From Tubiluchus corallicola (Eukaryota; Animalia; Priapulida), in the NCBI GenBank assembly GCA_030141605.1, contig JAQGDQ010000157.1, positions 1 to 64,000 of the forward strand: a stretch of DNA of 64,000 bases. The letters are read 5' to 3'. Below, one piece after another: positions 63,211 to 64,000 of the stretch. Within the stretch, counting starts at the first letter, position 1. Each line of letters opens with the position of its first letter. The notes under the pieces are model-generated. The model searched no databases, was not told where the DNA came from, and was given only the letters and a program-made list of their open reading frames with translations. Both the position numbers and the translations under genes were made by a program.

Positions 63211-64000
63211 TTTATACACACACACACATACACACAACATCTTACATGGCTTTAACATGCCGGTCCGACTTGCGTCCAGTTCATTTTACGACCAATCAGC
63301 TAAACCTGATTGTGATCACAAGTCGACTACAACTTGTATAAACAAATGTATTAGCTGTTCTGAGCCGTTCCAAAGGAGAGTATCATAATATTGTGGGATG
63401 ATGTGTGAAGTTAAACAAGAGTATATTTCTACACAGTCAGAATCAGCACACTGCCTACTGCATGGTTGAGGAAGGACTGGTATCTAGGCCGTTATCAAGC
63501 CTCTACAATGAGACAACTATTAGTGCTAAATGGAAAATCCATCATCTTATAGACTGCTTTCACTGGCACAGATGTTAAGACTCCGTGCCTATTTGTTGTG
63601 CTACACTGAATTTGATGCATTGCTTGGCCAATTTTGGCAGGCAATGCATAAAACACAGCGATAAGAAGTAGAGGACTTTTCAAACACCATCTTGTAACTG
63701 GCAACATTTATGTGTATTTCAAAGAATATTAGTTATAATGAGTGAAACTCCAAAAGTAATAATTAATGTTATTGTAAACCTTAATAAACCTTTTCACAGT
63801 TCCAGCGATAATGATGATTGTAAAAAGCCAAAAGGTTAAGTGTACCAGACAATGCATTTGTGTACACTTGACAGTGCCTCACAGCCCATGTTATTCTCAT
63901 AGTAACAGTTCTCACAGCTCCCTAGAACATTACCTGGTTCATTCTTTCTAGTTCGCAAGCAAGATCCTGCTAGTAAACCACTTTGTGCACAGATTAATGC

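Overview
AT-rich, repeat-dense eukaryotic (invertebrate animal-like) genomic DNA. Host genes: (1) DNA topoisomerase II on the - strand, whose whole ~4.9 kb CDS is one exon (35165-40099); (2) five coding exons of a FAXDC2-like fatty acid hydroxylase/sterol desaturase gene on the + strand (53283-62137, last exon outside the window), head-to-head with TOP2; (3) a candidate three-exon orphan gene on the - strand (28338 to 22595, ~236 aa) built from splice signals and frame. The window opens inside a foldback-type palindrome of at least 3.5 kb, with two ~1.5 kb near-identical arms built from an 82-bp tandem unit. The rest holds many non-autonomous DNA transposons (TTAA-flanked Kolobok-like families, hAT-like, pogo/Tigger-like, Sola-like, one with a 9-bp TSD), decayed LINE fragments, tRNA-derived SINEs and microsatellites. 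All calls were made by eye. Superfamily names rest on TIR/TSD signatures and recalled consensus motifs, not on database searches.
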